DNA of 64,000 nucleotides, from NCBI GenBank assembly GCA_024635455.1, contig JAGXIU010000002.1, positions 44,309 to 108,308 of the forward strand, given 5' to 3'. Under the pieces are notes generated by a model. The model was not told the DNA's origin. It did not search any database and saw nothing but the letters and a program-made list of their open reading frames with translations. This DNA is from Candidatus Saccharimonadota bacterium (GTDB lineage Bacteria; Patescibacteriota; Saccharimonadia; Saccharimonadales; SLHW01). Below are positions 46,421 through 56,002 of this stretch, in pieces. Both the position numbers and the translations under genes were made by a program. Every line of letters begins with the position of its first letter. Position 1 is the stretch's first letter.

Positions 46421-47716
46421 TTACAATTGTTTTTTGGTTCTCTTTAGAAGTTGGGTGACGATTTTTACTTCGTCCCATTTGACGAGCTTGCCGCCCATAT
46501 TACGGGTGTCTTGGTGGCCGATACCAGTGCAAAGCACAACGTCACCTGACTTTGCTTCTTTCAGTGCGGCCTGGATGGCCTTTTTGCGATCAGCTATTTC
46601 AGTTGTTTTCTTTACGCCCTTGCCCTGCTTGATACCGCTCATAACATCTTTGCGGATCTTAGCTGGATCTTCAGTGTAGGTCTCGTCGTCAGTGAGGAAA
46701 ATTTTGTCAGCTAGCTCAGCAGCTACCTTGCCCATCTTGGGTCTTTTGTCGGTGTCTCGATCGCCCGTTGCTCCAAATACTACTAAAACTCGCTTATCGG
46801 TCAATGCTCGCAGTGATTGTAAGGACTTCTCAAGTGCATCTGATGTAACTGCATAATCTACTAGTACCGTATAGTCTGTTTTTGTATCGACTATCTGCAT
46901 ACGGCCCGGCACCTGATCGAGGGATGCCAGCCCCTTAGTAATTTGCTCAGCCGACAAGCCCAGCACTGCACCAACGCCAGCAGCAGCAGCTGAATTATAG
47001 GCATTAAAGTCACCAATAAGCTTCAGGTCGCAGGCTGATTTTTTTCCCTCTATTTTTAGACTGAGCCTGGTGCCACTTACGCTTGGATCAACACTAGACA
47101 ACACAATATCTGCGTCACGCTTTACTCCATAACTATTTACCAAACCAACGCTCTGCTTTGCAAAATAATTGTACTTAGCATCATCTCGGTTCAAAACACA
47201 ATACATCGGCTGCATATACTCATTAAATAATCGCACTTTCATAGCAATGTATTCATCCATAGAGCCGTGATAATCGAGGTGGTCTTGAGAAATATTTGTC
47301 AAAACTGATACTTCAACCGGGATATTAAGCACTTTGTGCTGATGAAGCGCGTGGCTAGTCACCTCGAGCACGACGTAATCAACCTGGCTGTCTTTGGCTC
47401 GCTTCAAAAACTGCAGTAGATCAGCGGTCTTCGGCACAGTGGTGTGGCGTGTATTGAGTTTTGCTACGCCTGCTACCTCAACACTAGCCGTTGTAAACAT
47501 AGCTGTTTTATAGCCGGCTGATTTAAGCATTGCATTTATCAGCATACAAGTGGTTGTCTTGCCGTTCGTTCCTGTAACCGCTATCACCTGCAAATCCCGC
47601 GCTGGGTATCCGTAGCGTATCTGCATGGCGCGAATCCTGCTTTTGCGATATGTTTCCTCAGCAGTTTTTATACCGCTGGCAGGAAGAACTTTACGAGCAA
47701 ATTTCTTTGGGTTCAT
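46421..47716 (-). CDS. Mur ligase family protein (MurE-like, short N-terminus)
   Basis: The P-loop is IAVTGTNGKTTT. The C-terminal region reads FLTDDETYTEDPAKI...GDVVLCTGIGHQ. The start is ATG 47716. Confidence 0.75.
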   Translation of the reverse strand: MNPKKFARKVLPASGIKTAEETYRKSRIRAMQIRYGYPARDLQVIAVTGTNGKTTTCMLINAMLKSAGYKTAMFTTASVEVAGVAKLNTRHTTVPKTADLLQFLKRAKDSQVDYVVLEVTSHALHQHKVLNIPVEVSVLTNISQDHLDYHGSMDEYIAMKVRLFNEYMQPMYCVLNRDDAKYNYFAKQSVGLVNSYGVKRDADIVLSSVDPSVSGTRLSLKIEGKKSACDLKLIGDFNAYNSAAAAGVGAVLGLSAEQITKGLASLDQVPGRMQIVDTKTDYTVLVDYAVTSDALEKSLQSLRALTDKRVLVVFGATGDRDTDKRPKMGKVAAELADKIFLTDDETYTEDPAKIRKDVMSGIKQGKGVKKTTEIADRKKAIQAALKEAKSGDVVLCTGIGHQDTRNMGGKLVKWDEVKIVTQLLKRTKKQL

Positions 47717-47842
47717 ATCACTATAATACCGCAAAAACAGTCAATCACCGCCGCTAGTTTTTATTAGAATTAACTCGACAATTAATGAAGCACTCTGCAA
47801 GCATGAGTAACAGCAATCAGCAACATGCTATCATCACTAATA

Positions 47843-48913
47843 ATGAAAATACTCGGTATTGAGACTAGTTGTGACGAGACAGCCTGTGCAGTAGTTGCAA
47901 ATGGCAACACACTTCTGAGCAACGTGGTTTTCTCTAGCATTGATCAGCACGTTGCCTATGGTGGCGTTGTACCAGAAATCGCAGCGCGTAGCCACATCGA
48001 GGCAATGACCCCAGTTATCAAGCAAGCGCTGAGCGATGCGAAGTGCTCTTGGGGTGATATTGATGGCATCGCCGTAACTTACGGTGCTGGACTCGGCGGT
48101 TCATTGCTCATAGGAGTCATCACCGCTCGAACCTTGGCCATCTCAAAGCAATTACCGCTGTATGCCTGCAACCATGTTGAGGGGCACATTTACGCTAACT
48201 TTTTAACCTCCGGAGCTACGCCGGCAGTCAATGACTACAAGATGCGAGGTGAGCAGCCTGAGTTTCCAATGCTCGGGGTCATCGTCTCTGGTGGACACAC
48301 ACAACTTGTGCTTTGGAAGGATCATTTCGATTATCAGCTCCTGGGGCGAACACGAGACGATGCCGTCGGAGAAGCGTTTGATAAAGTAGCAAAAATTATC
48401 GGACTCCCCTACCCTGGCGGTCCGAGTATCAGCCAAAAAGCGAAGCAGGGTAACGCGAACTCATACGAGTTACCGAAAGCCAAATTATCTAACCCATATG
48501 AATTTTCCTATAGCGGGCTCAAGACAGCCGTTCTACGACTTGCGCAGAAAGAAGTTGGAGAAGATTACAGCTTTCCTTCGTTTAAGCTTGCAGAGCGCCT
48601 ATCTGACGCCCAGAAGGCAAATATTGCAGCGAGCTTCCAACGTATTGCTATTGAAACGCTTGTCGATAAGGCTGCACTTGCTTACGAAGAATATCAGCCA
48701 AGAAGTGTCGTTATTGGCGGTGGCGTAGCCAGCAGTCAAGAATTACGTAAACAGCTATCCGAGCGACTCCCCTTGCCTATCTCCTACCCTGATGCACGAC
48801 TATGCACTGATAACGCCGCTATGATAGCGACACTGGGTTGTTTTCAGGCAGCACAGAAACGACCAACTGCGGATCCTTACAGCTTGAGCATTCAGCCAAA
48901 CTTATCGATGTAA
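47843..48913 (+). CDS. tsaD: tRNA N6-adenosine threonylcarbamoyltransferase
   Basis: It has MKILGIETSCDETA, NHVEGHIY and VSGGHTQL. Confidence 0.92.
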   Translation: MKILGIETSCDETACAVVANGNTLLSNVVFSSIDQHVAYGGVVPEIAARSHIEAMTPVIKQALSDAKCSWGDIDGIAVTYGAGLGGSLLIGVITARTLAISKQLPLYACNHVEGHIYANFLTSGATPAVNDYKMRGEQPEFPMLGVIVSGGHTQLVLWKDHFDYQLLGRTRDDAVGEAFDKVAKIIGLPYPGGPSISQKAKQGNANSYELPKAKLSNPYEFSYSGLKTAVLRLAQKEVGEDYSFPSFKLAERLSDAQKANIAASFQRIAIETLVDKAALAYEEYQPRSVVIGGGVASSQELRKQLSERLPLPISYPDARLCTDNAAMIATLGCFQAAQKRPTADPYSLSIQPNLSM

Positions 48914-49377
48914 TAACACTCCACGCAATCAGCAAAAACCGCGCGTGAGGCCTTTCACGCGACTAATGCGCTAACCGTGTACGTTCTTATTTTTAAGACA
49001 ATCCTAAACCGCGAACAAACACTTCTCAATGTACCACACAATAACATGTTGGTATATGTTTGTCAATGTTTACCTCTGTTGTAGGTCGTGTTACACTGGT
49101 CACGAAAATAAAAACTATACCTGAGTCGGGTAACGACTTGCACCTTCGAATAAAATGACCAGTCACATCAATTGTCTAGAGGGTTTCATGTGAAAACCTT
49201 TGAGTTAGTTTGTGTGTTTTTTCACGTGAAAGTTTTATCCTGCCATCAGTGGTGAAGTAACTATATTTATGCTATGCTACGGCCATAGTTACAGGTGTAG
49301 CGTGTCATGGAATATACATAAACGAGCGAACCTAAACGCACGGAACAACGATTGAGTAACAGGGAAGAGAACAACTA

Positions 49378-51951
49378 ATGAACTTACCAAAAGTATACGA
49401 ACCAAAGTTATACGAATCAGATATCTATGCTCTGTGGGAAAAAAGCCAAGCTTTTGCACCAAAAAGCAGAGGTAAATCGGGGCATTACAGTATTGTCATG
49501 CCGCCACCAAACGCCAATGCTAATCTACATATAGGTTTCGCGTTAACAGCAGCTCTCGAGGACATACCGACTCGCTATCACCGCATGCAAGGCAAGTCGA
49601 CACTACTACTGCCTGGTGCTGATCATGCTGGCTTTGAATCTCAATCTGTATATGAAAAACAGCTCGCAAAAGAAGGCAAGAGCCGTTTTGATTTCAGCAG
49701 GGAAGAGCTTTACCAACAAATTTGGGATTTCGTAGCGGCAAATCGACAGAATTATGGCAAGCAGTTTCGTGCTTTAGGTACAAGCTGTGACTGGTCTCGT
49801 TTTACGTTTACACTTGATGAAAAAATTATCAATAGAGCATACAAAACATTTAAAAAAATGTGGGATGAAGGACTTATTTACAGAGGCGAGAGGCTCGTAA
49901 ACTATTGTACGTTCCACGGCACTGGATTTGCGGATGTAGAGGTTGAGTATAAAGAAGTAGCTAGCAAAATATGGTCTCTGAACTATCCACTAACTGACGG
50001 AAGCGGTGTTATAACGGTAGCGACCACACGACCAGAAACAATGCTCGGCGATACCGCAGTAGCAGTACATCCGGAAGACGCACGATACAAAGATATGATC
50101 GGCAAAACAGTTCAGCTACCCCTAACTAAAAGAGAAATACCGATTATAGCTGATGGCTTCGTTGATAAAGATTTTGGTACTGGTGCGGTCAAGCTAACGC
50201 CCGCACACGATCAAAATGACTACGATGCCGCACAACGACACGACCTTCCGATGATTGTAGCCATTGGACACGACGGCACAATGACTAGTCACGTCCCCAG
50301 TAAGTATCAAGGACTACCAGTTGCCGAAGCCCGAAAAATCGTCCTAAATGATTTGGAAGAGCAGGGCGCTCTCGCATCAGATGAGCCCTATACGCATAGC
50401 GTGGGACACTGCTATAAGTGCGGAACTGCGATTGAACCAATGCTCAAGGAGCAGTGGTTTATCAATATGCAGCCACTCGCAAAACAAGCGATAAAAGCCC
50501 TGAAAGAGGGTAGAATCAAATTTTATCCTGATAGCAAACGAGAGCAGTTAATTACTTACTTGGAGGGCTTGCGAGACTGGAACATTTCTCGTCAAATTGC
50601 CTGGGGGATTCCTATTCCAGCCTTTGTGAACGTTGATGATTCAGAGGACTGGATATTTGATGAACGAACCGACCAACATACGATTGAGATTGACGGAAAA
50701 ACCTACGTCAGGGACTCCGATGTTTTTGATACGTGGTTCAGTAGCTCAAGCTGGCCATACGCCACTCTAGACTATCCTGAAGGGGAAGACTTTTCTGATT
50801 TTTACCCATTGAGCTTAATGGAAACCGGTGGAGAAATTCTCTACCCATGGGTATCACGCATGATTATGCTCGGGCTATACGTTACGGGGGAAGTTCCATT
50901 CAAAGAGGTGTACATTCACGGTTACGTGATGGCAGAAGACGGTTCAAAAATGAGTAAGTCCATTGGCAATGTAGTTGACCCATTCCCGATTATTGAAGAA
51001 TTTGGCTCAGACGCATTGCGCATGGGACTTATTGCTGGGCGATCACCGGCAGTCAATAGGGGGTTTGATAATAGAAAAATTGAAGATGCGCGCAACTTCT
51101 GTAATAAACTTTGGAACATTGCCCGGTTCACGCAAGAAAAACTTGGTAATGAATACTCGCACAGCAATAATCCAAAAGCTGCTAGTCTGGCTGATGAATG
51201 GATGTTGAGGAAAATACAACATAGTATTGCGCTAACGTCGGACTATCTCGAAGAGTATCGTTTCTCTGAGGCATACGAACACCTATATCATCTGGTATGG
51301 GACGATTTTGCGGATTGGTATATTGAATCGACTAAAATTGACCTGAACGAAGGTGTGCTCGCCTATTGTCTTGAGGCGATATTAAAGCTAATTCACCCGT
51401 TTGCTCCTTTCGTAACAGAGACGATCTGGCAGACGCTTGCCTGGGAGCAAGATAGTCTACTGATAACGAGCTCATGGCCAACTGCGCTGAAAGCAGATAA
51501 AAAAAAGGCTCAGCAATTTGAAGAGGTGAAGACCATTGTTGGCGAGGTTCGCTACATTACAACTGCACTTCGAGTACGGGATACTGTGACTTTGTACTAC
51601 AAGGAAAGCGCCTTCCTGGAAGAGCAGGGGGATCTAATCAAGAAGCTTGCACGCCTCAAGGACGTTCGTTCGGTTGAAGATGGAAATGGCCTGTACCTAA
51701 CAGAGACAAAGCACTCCTGCTGGCTCGATATAGATAAAGCTACCGCTAAGCGCTACAGCAGTGAATTGGCAGATAAGATAGCTGCAGCTGATGAAGACAT
51801 ACAATCACTAGACAAACGACTCAGCAATAAAAGTTACACCGCCAAAGCACCAAAAAAGCTAGTCGATGAGTCAAAGCAACAGCGAAAAGAGGCGGTAGAT
51901 AAGCGTGAAAAGCTTGTTGCGGAGCTCGAACGCTTTCAACTAGCTGGCTAG
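49378..51951 (+). CDS. valS: valine--tRNA ligase
   Basis: 857 aa. It has PPPNANANLHIGF (HIGH), KMSKSIGN and a C-terminal coiled coil. Confidence 0.96.
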   Translation: MNLPKVYEPKLYESDIYALWEKSQAFAPKSRGKSGHYSIVMPPPNANANLHIGFALTAALEDIPTRYHRMQGKSTLLLPGADHAGFESQSVYEKQLAKEGKSRFDFSREELYQQIWDFVAANRQNYGKQFRALGTSCDWSRFTFTLDEKIINRAYKTFKKMWDEGLIYRGERLVNYCTFHGTGFADVEVEYKEVASKIWSLNYPLTDGSGVITVATTRPETMLGDTAVAVHPEDARYKDMIGKTVQLPLTKREIPIIADGFVDKDFGTGAVKLTPAHDQNDYDAAQRHDLPMIVAIGHDGTMTSHVPSKYQGLPVAEARKIVLNDLEEQGALASDEPYTHSVGHCYKCGTAIEPMLKEQWFINMQPLAKQAIKALKEGRIKFYPDSKREQLITYLEGLRDWNISRQIAWGIPIPAFVNVDDSEDWIFDERTDQHTIEIDGKTYVRDSDVFDTWFSSSSWPYATLDYPEGEDFSDFYPLSLMETGGEILYPWVSRMIMLGLYVTGEVPFKEVYIHGYVMAEDGSKMSKSIGNVVDPFPIIEEFGSDALRMGLIAGRSPAVNRGFDNRKIEDARNFCNKLWNIARFTQEKLGNEYSHSNNPKAASLADEWMLRKIQHSIALTSDYLEEYRFSEAYEHLYHLVWDDFADWYIESTKIDLNEGVLAYCLEAILKLIHPFAPFVTETIWQTLAWEQDSLLITSSWPTALKADKKKAQQFEEVKTIVGEVRYITTALRVRDTVTLYYKESAFLEEQGDLIKKLARLKDVRSVEDGNGLYLTETKHSCWLDIDKATAKRYSSELADKIAAADEDIQSLDKRLSNKSYTAKAPKKLVDESKQQRKEAVDKREKLVAELERFQLAG

Positions 51952-51954
51952 TTC

Positions 51955-52797
51955 TTAGTCTTTGAACCTGAGCGCATCTCGAACCCGCTGAACGCTCTCT
52001 GAGGCCCTATAGCCATCGAACCACAAGACACGCCAGCCAAGTCGTTCTGCAGCCATTATATTAGCTCTGGCGTCATCTATCAGCAACAGCTCTGCTGGCT
52101 CAAACGTTGTGTTAGCTTGAGCGATCTCAAAGATCTCAGGCTCTGGCTTGATCGCGTGAGCATCAGACGAATCGATAATACTGTGGTAGGTGACTTTTGG
52201 TAGCAAATCTTGCTCCAGCATTTCCGTGATAAGACCCGGCATAATATTGCTCAACAACCCAATGTGATAGTGCTCCGCTGCCCAGGTGATCAAGGCATGC
52301 ATCTCTTCTATTGGCTCGACAGCGTCGAGATAGTACTTCTGCCATTCTATGCCTGGTGTTTCTAGCTGCTCGCTGAGGATTTCATTGAAGTCATCCATGC
52401 CAAGCTCTCCACGACAAACAGCATCATTGTAGCGCCAAAAGGTGGTCTCAATCATGTCAGCTGACTTACCGGTGTCTTCAGCGAGCGCCGTAAAGGCACG
52501 CTGGAAAAAGCGCACCAAACAACCATTGATATCGAAGTAGACGAAACGAATACCCGTTAATGATGTCTTCTTCTGTGGTTTTTGCGGAATAATACCACCT
52601 AAAAGCTCCTGAAAAGACAGGTCGAGCGCATCAGCAATGGCGTGGATAGTAAAGATAGACGGCGCCTTTATAGCACCTCTCTCGATCTTTGCCAGTGTCG
52701 AGTAGCTTAAGTTCGCTTTATGGCATAAGTCTTGCTGGGTTAAACCAGCTTTTTTACGCGCAGACTGCAGTGCCTTCCCCAGAGCCTCTTCGTTCAT
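51955..52797 (-). CDS. XRE-type HTH domain fused to a HAD-like hydrolase domain
   Basis: The N-terminal LTQQDLCHKANLSYSTLAKIERG is an HTH_3 region. The C-terminal half has FVYFDINGCLV and LLIDDARANIMAAERLG. Confidence 0.75.
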   Translation of the reverse strand: MNEEALGKALQSARKKAGLTQQDLCHKANLSYSTLAKIERGAIKAPSIFTIHAIADALDLSFQELLGGIIPQKPQKKTSLTGIRFVYFDINGCLVRFFQRAFTALAEDTGKSADMIETTFWRYNDAVCRGELGMDDFNEILSEQLETPGIEWQKYYLDAVEPIEEMHALITWAAEHYHIGLLSNIMPGLITEMLEQDLLPKVTYHSIIDSSDAHAIKPEPEIFEIAQANTTFEPAELLLIDDARANIMAAERLGWRVLWFDGYRASESVQRVRDALRFKD

Positions 52798-52858
52798 ACA
52801 CCATATCGTACTATTATATGAGCAAAAAACAAAGAGAAACTAGCACCAAATGGCTAGT

Positions 52859-53032
52859 TTATTCCGGTATAAAGCCGAGGAGTGTAAACATAAGTATAAA
52901 TACGACAATGCCGACAACTGCCGCACCGGTGACCGCAGACTGCGTGTTACCACCAGTCCGGCGATAAAATTTGCTATACACCCAAGCTGAAACACCAATA
53001 GCCATTAAAAATGCAATGATACCGTTTGACAT
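52859..53032 (-). CDS. possible 57-aa two-TM membrane protein (below the ORF-track cutoff)
   Basis: Hand translation gives MSNGIIAFLMAIGVSAWVYSKFYRRTGGNTQSAVTGAAVVGIVVFILMFTLLGFIPE. The ATG lies 9 nt after the HIT gene stop. There is no obvious SD. Confidence 0.4.
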   Translation of the reverse strand: MSNGIIAFLMAIGVSAWVYSKFYRRTGGNTQSAVTGAAVVGIVVFILMFTLLGFIPE

Positions 53033-53041
53033 ATTCTTATT

Positions 53042-53437
53042 CTACTCGAATGCAAGAAGTTTCGCGAGTGCTTGGTTTTTTGCTGAGTTTACAGGTTGTG
53101 ATTCATCTGGTTGCTCCCGAAATTCAGCTAATGTATTGAAGCCAATTACATGCACGTGTACGTGTGGAACGTCTAAGCCAATAACCTGTAGACCAACTCG
53201 CTTTGGCTGTACTTTCTCGTTTATTTTCTGGCCGATTTTTTGAACCGTGTCCATAACCGCCCGATAGTCGTCTTTTGATAAGTCTATGAATTGATCGACT
53301 TGTGTTTTTGGTATAACGAGGACGTGTGCTTGAGCAATTGGGTGTAGGGGGATAATAGCGATGGTTTTATCATCTTCATACACCTTGTCTGAGGGTAGCC
53401 CCCCTTTGATAATCTTTGTGAAAACTGATTCTTCCAT
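53042..53437 (-). CDS. HIT-family nucleotide hydrolase
   Basis: It has the histidine triad HVHVHVI and an N-terminal FTKIIKGGLPSDKVYEDD. The start is ATG 53437. Confidence 0.88.
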   Translation of the reverse strand: MEESVFTKIIKGGLPSDKVYEDDKTIAIIPLHPIAQAHVLVIPKTQVDQFIDLSKDDYRAVMDTVQKIGQKINEKVQPKRVGLQVIGLDVPHVHVHVIGFNTLAEFREQPDESQPVNSAKNQALAKLLAFE

Positions 53438-53486
53438 AGCTATATTGTACACAATTTCACTGATAAATTTCGTGTAGAATAAGCGT

Positions 53487-54497
53487 ATGCATGTTCTGAA
53501 AAATATACTGACAGCAATCACCGCACTGCTACTTCACCTAACGCTCCCGCTACTCGTGATTGCCAGTATCTTTACCCTCTTGTTTACTACGCCAGACACA
53601 ATTAAACAATCATTCCGTGAAGCAGATGTCTACCAGGCATTTGTCGACACAATTGCACATGAACTCACTGCGCAGACACAAACAGATGGTTCATCCGATA
53701 TACCACAAAAAGAAATGCGCAACGCTATAGAACAAGCGGTGACAGCAGAGGATGTCCAGACCCAGGCAGAGCAGGCAATTGATGGCGTATATGATTGGCT
53801 GAACGGTACGACCGAGCAGCCAGAATTCATGATTGATTTCGGTCCTGCCCGAGAACGATTTGCTGAGGAAATAGCCATGTTTGCAGCAGAACGGCTACAG
53901 TCACTACCGACCTGTACATCACTCGACCAGCTACAAGGAGAAATTGATCCGCTAACTACCGAGTGTTTGCCGCCGGGTTTTGACCCCATCGAAAAAACGT
54001 CTACCTATGCAGATGAGTTACTCGCCTCAGATGACTTTATTCCAGATGTACAAATTTCATCTACTGAATTGCTCGATGACATCGAGGACGATGATCAGAT
54101 ATCGACGATTCCAGAGGGCTTTGAGTGGTTAATGCGTAGTATATGGATTATATCTACTGCAATCGTTGTGCTAGCGCTCGGGCTGTTTGCACTCGCTCCG
54201 TCAAAGCAAGTTGGCGTCCGGCGAGTCGGCATGCAATTCTTTATAGCTGGATTATGGCTTGGTCTATCGACGCTGATCGTGTGGATTCTGCAAGATGGGC
54301 TATTTAAAGAAAATGCGGCGGCGGCTGAGATCCAAAATGCCCTTGCTAGGGCAGGAGAGCTGCTCGTTGGCGATATATTGTTAATAATGGCCGTTGGCGC
54401 AGGTATATACGTTCTGCTTGGATTATCGCTCCGCTATGGCTTGGCCCCTCGATTGAAGGCGGAGGAGCCTGCGGTAGATAAGACCGGGCGGGCATAG
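53487..54497 (+). CDS. hypothetical multi-TM membrane protein
   Basis: 336 aa. It has an N-terminal TM segment, an acidic central region and three C-terminal hydrophobic segments. Confidence 0.55.
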   Translation: MHVLKNILTAITALLLHLTLPLLVIASIFTLLFTTPDTIKQSFREADVYQAFVDTIAHELTAQTQTDGSSDIPQKEMRNAIEQAVTAEDVQTQAEQAIDGVYDWLNGTTEQPEFMIDFGPARERFAEEIAMFAAERLQSLPTCTSLDQLQGEIDPLTTECLPPGFDPIEKTSTYADELLASDDFIPDVQISSTELLDDIEDDDQISTIPEGFEWLMRSIWIISTAIVVLALGLFALAPSKQVGVRRVGMQFFIAGLWLGLSTLIVWILQDGLFKENAAAAEIQNALARAGELLVGDILLIMAVGAGIYVLLGLSLRYGLAPRLKAEEPAVDKTGRA

Positions 54498-54564
54498 TTT
54501 ATATATTTATGAGAGGTTCGACGAAAGCTTACTTCACTCAAGCTTAATCATGGCAAGTTGTTTG

Positions 54565-54991
54565 TCGGAGAGAGGGATGAACACTCAATGATAGACCGTC
54601 AGCTCGTGTTGTTTATATTCGAGAGGGATATCGGCTTCGCCTCTTCCGTTCAGGCTTACTCGAAGCAACCGTTCTTCACTAAAGCTACGAATAGCTTGGC
54701 TTCTGCGTGAGCCTTCGCTCCACCGAACGCCTCGGTACGTATTTTTTAGAAAAAAATACCCTCGGGCTTGAAGCCCTCTATCAAATAAAAAAGACCGACT
54801 AAAGCCAGTCTTCTTTATTTGGCGGAGAGAGAGGGATGAACACTCGATGATAGACTGCACGTTCCGTGCATTCCATCATCTCGCTATTTGTCGTCAAGTG
54901 GTAACTTGACAACAATCGAACCTGAGAACCGAATTCCTGCTTTCACTGGCGAGAAAGCTAAACCCGAGCACAAGGCTCGGGTCTATCTTCC
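54565..54991 (-). repeat. tRNA-Ser(CGA) trailer: conserved unit plus two further copies of the tRNA 3' end
   Basis: The 18-nt tRNA 3' end (54992..55009) recurs exactly at 54820..54837 and in degenerate form at 54565..54597. 54781..54991 is the inverted partner of 59081..59291. Confidence 0.85.
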
Positions 54992-55083
54992 TGGCGGAGA
55001 GAGAGGGATTCGAACCCTCGGTACCGATTGCTCGGTACAGCTGTTTTCGAGACAGCCCAGTTCAGCCACTCCTGCACCTCTCC
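54992..55083 (-). tRNA. tRNA-Ser(CGA), class II, CCA encoded
   Basis: The hand-folded cloverleaf has acceptor GGAGAGG/TCTCTCC, anticodon stem GCTGT/ACAGC with loop CTCGAAA, a long variable arm GTACCGA-gcaa-TCGGTAC, and T arm GAGGG-TTCGAAT-CCCTC. Confidence 0.9.
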
Positions 55084-55125
55084 ATACCTAAAATATGCTA
55101 TCACATACTATCAGCTCATCAGTAC

Positions 55126-55656
55126 TTAGGCAGACCCGTCATTTGGTATGCACGATAACAACACTACGCCACCGATAAATGAACCACGGGCCTTTCTTTT
55201 TTCTAATCGAACGTCCTCAATCTTATGAATTGACACACCGACTGCCTCAGATAAACCATATACACACTCCAGCAACCCAGCAAGTTTTTCGAGGCGCTCG
55301 CTGCTGCTTGGGCTTGCCGCTAGCTCTGCGTGCAACAGATTAAAACGCTCATTCAGAGCGTCCGCAGAAGCGCCCTCGAGGCCCATGACTGGACGTTGCT
55401 TTCTTTGGGTTCTTTGAAGGTGCTGCTCGGTATAATCATCGAGTACAGTAAAGCTATACAAAACTTCGGATATATCACTGAGCTCTTCGGTTTTGCATTC
55501 AAGCCTTTCTGCTTCGTTGTATTCAGCATATTCTTCGATTATTTTTTCTAGCAAGAGACCTCTGTGCTCGGTCTGACTAGAAACATTTCGCCACTCCGGT
55601 GATCGACCGTCGTTAGCGAGTATAATTTCTGGTATATTGTCGCGTACAAGCTTCAT
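55126..55656 (-). CDS. MazG-like nucleoside triphosphate pyrophosphohydrolase family protein
   Basis: MKLVRDNIPEII...LLEKIIEEYAEYNEA...EELSDISEVLY resembles the KLVRDKIPEII MazG-like family. Confidence 0.6.
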   Translation of the reverse strand: MKLVRDNIPEIILANDGRSPEWRNVSSQTEHRGLLLEKIIEEYAEYNEAERLECKTEELSDISEVLYSFTVLDDYTEQHLQRTQRKQRPVMGLEGASADALNERFNLLHAELAASPSSSERLEKLAGLLECVYGLSEAVGVSIHKIEDVRLEKRKARGSFIGGVVLLSCIPNDGSA

Positions 55657-55814
55657 AGCATCAATTGTATGTTAAATCTGATGAAGAAAGTATACCTCGA
55701 AGTTGCAGGATAGACACAAGCAAAAACAAGCAGTTTAACTTACGGTCGTAGACTCAAACCACTGGAGTATATATGCAACAAAAAAGCCCGAGACAAAAGC
55801 TCATACCTTTTTAT

Positions 55815-55828
55815 TGGTACACCCGGCA
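55815..55828 (-). repeat. isolated 14-nt copy of the tRNA-Arg 3' end (att-like)
   Basis: tggtacacccggca is identical to 57645..57658, in the same orientation. Confidence 0.6.
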
Positions 55829-56002
55829 AGGACGAGTTGGGAACAAATTAAAGCGGAACTGATTGAAATTGGGCAACAGGTTAAAAAGAACCGAGGAACA
55901 AACTTCTTGTAGTCTAAGCGACAATAACTAAACCACGTCAATGAGTTATGTGAAAAGCCAGTAACACCTTTAGAGCTGTTGACAGCTTGCTTGTATTATG
56001 AT

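Noticed and set aside
48914-49377. T-box riboswitch upstream of valS
   Set aside because: I found no T-box consensus (AGGGTGGTACCGCG-like), no obvious specifier loop with a GUN codon, and no antiterminator/terminator alternative. It is kept only as an unexplained structured leader.
54585-55091. ORFs 54585..54860 (-) and 54888..55091 (+) in the tRNA-Ser(CGA) trailer
   Set aside because: They lie entirely within the trailer repeats and the tRNA itself. Their counterparts in the inverted copy (59163..59402 and 59201..59389) differ by frame-irrelevant changes. There are no RBS or start contexts.
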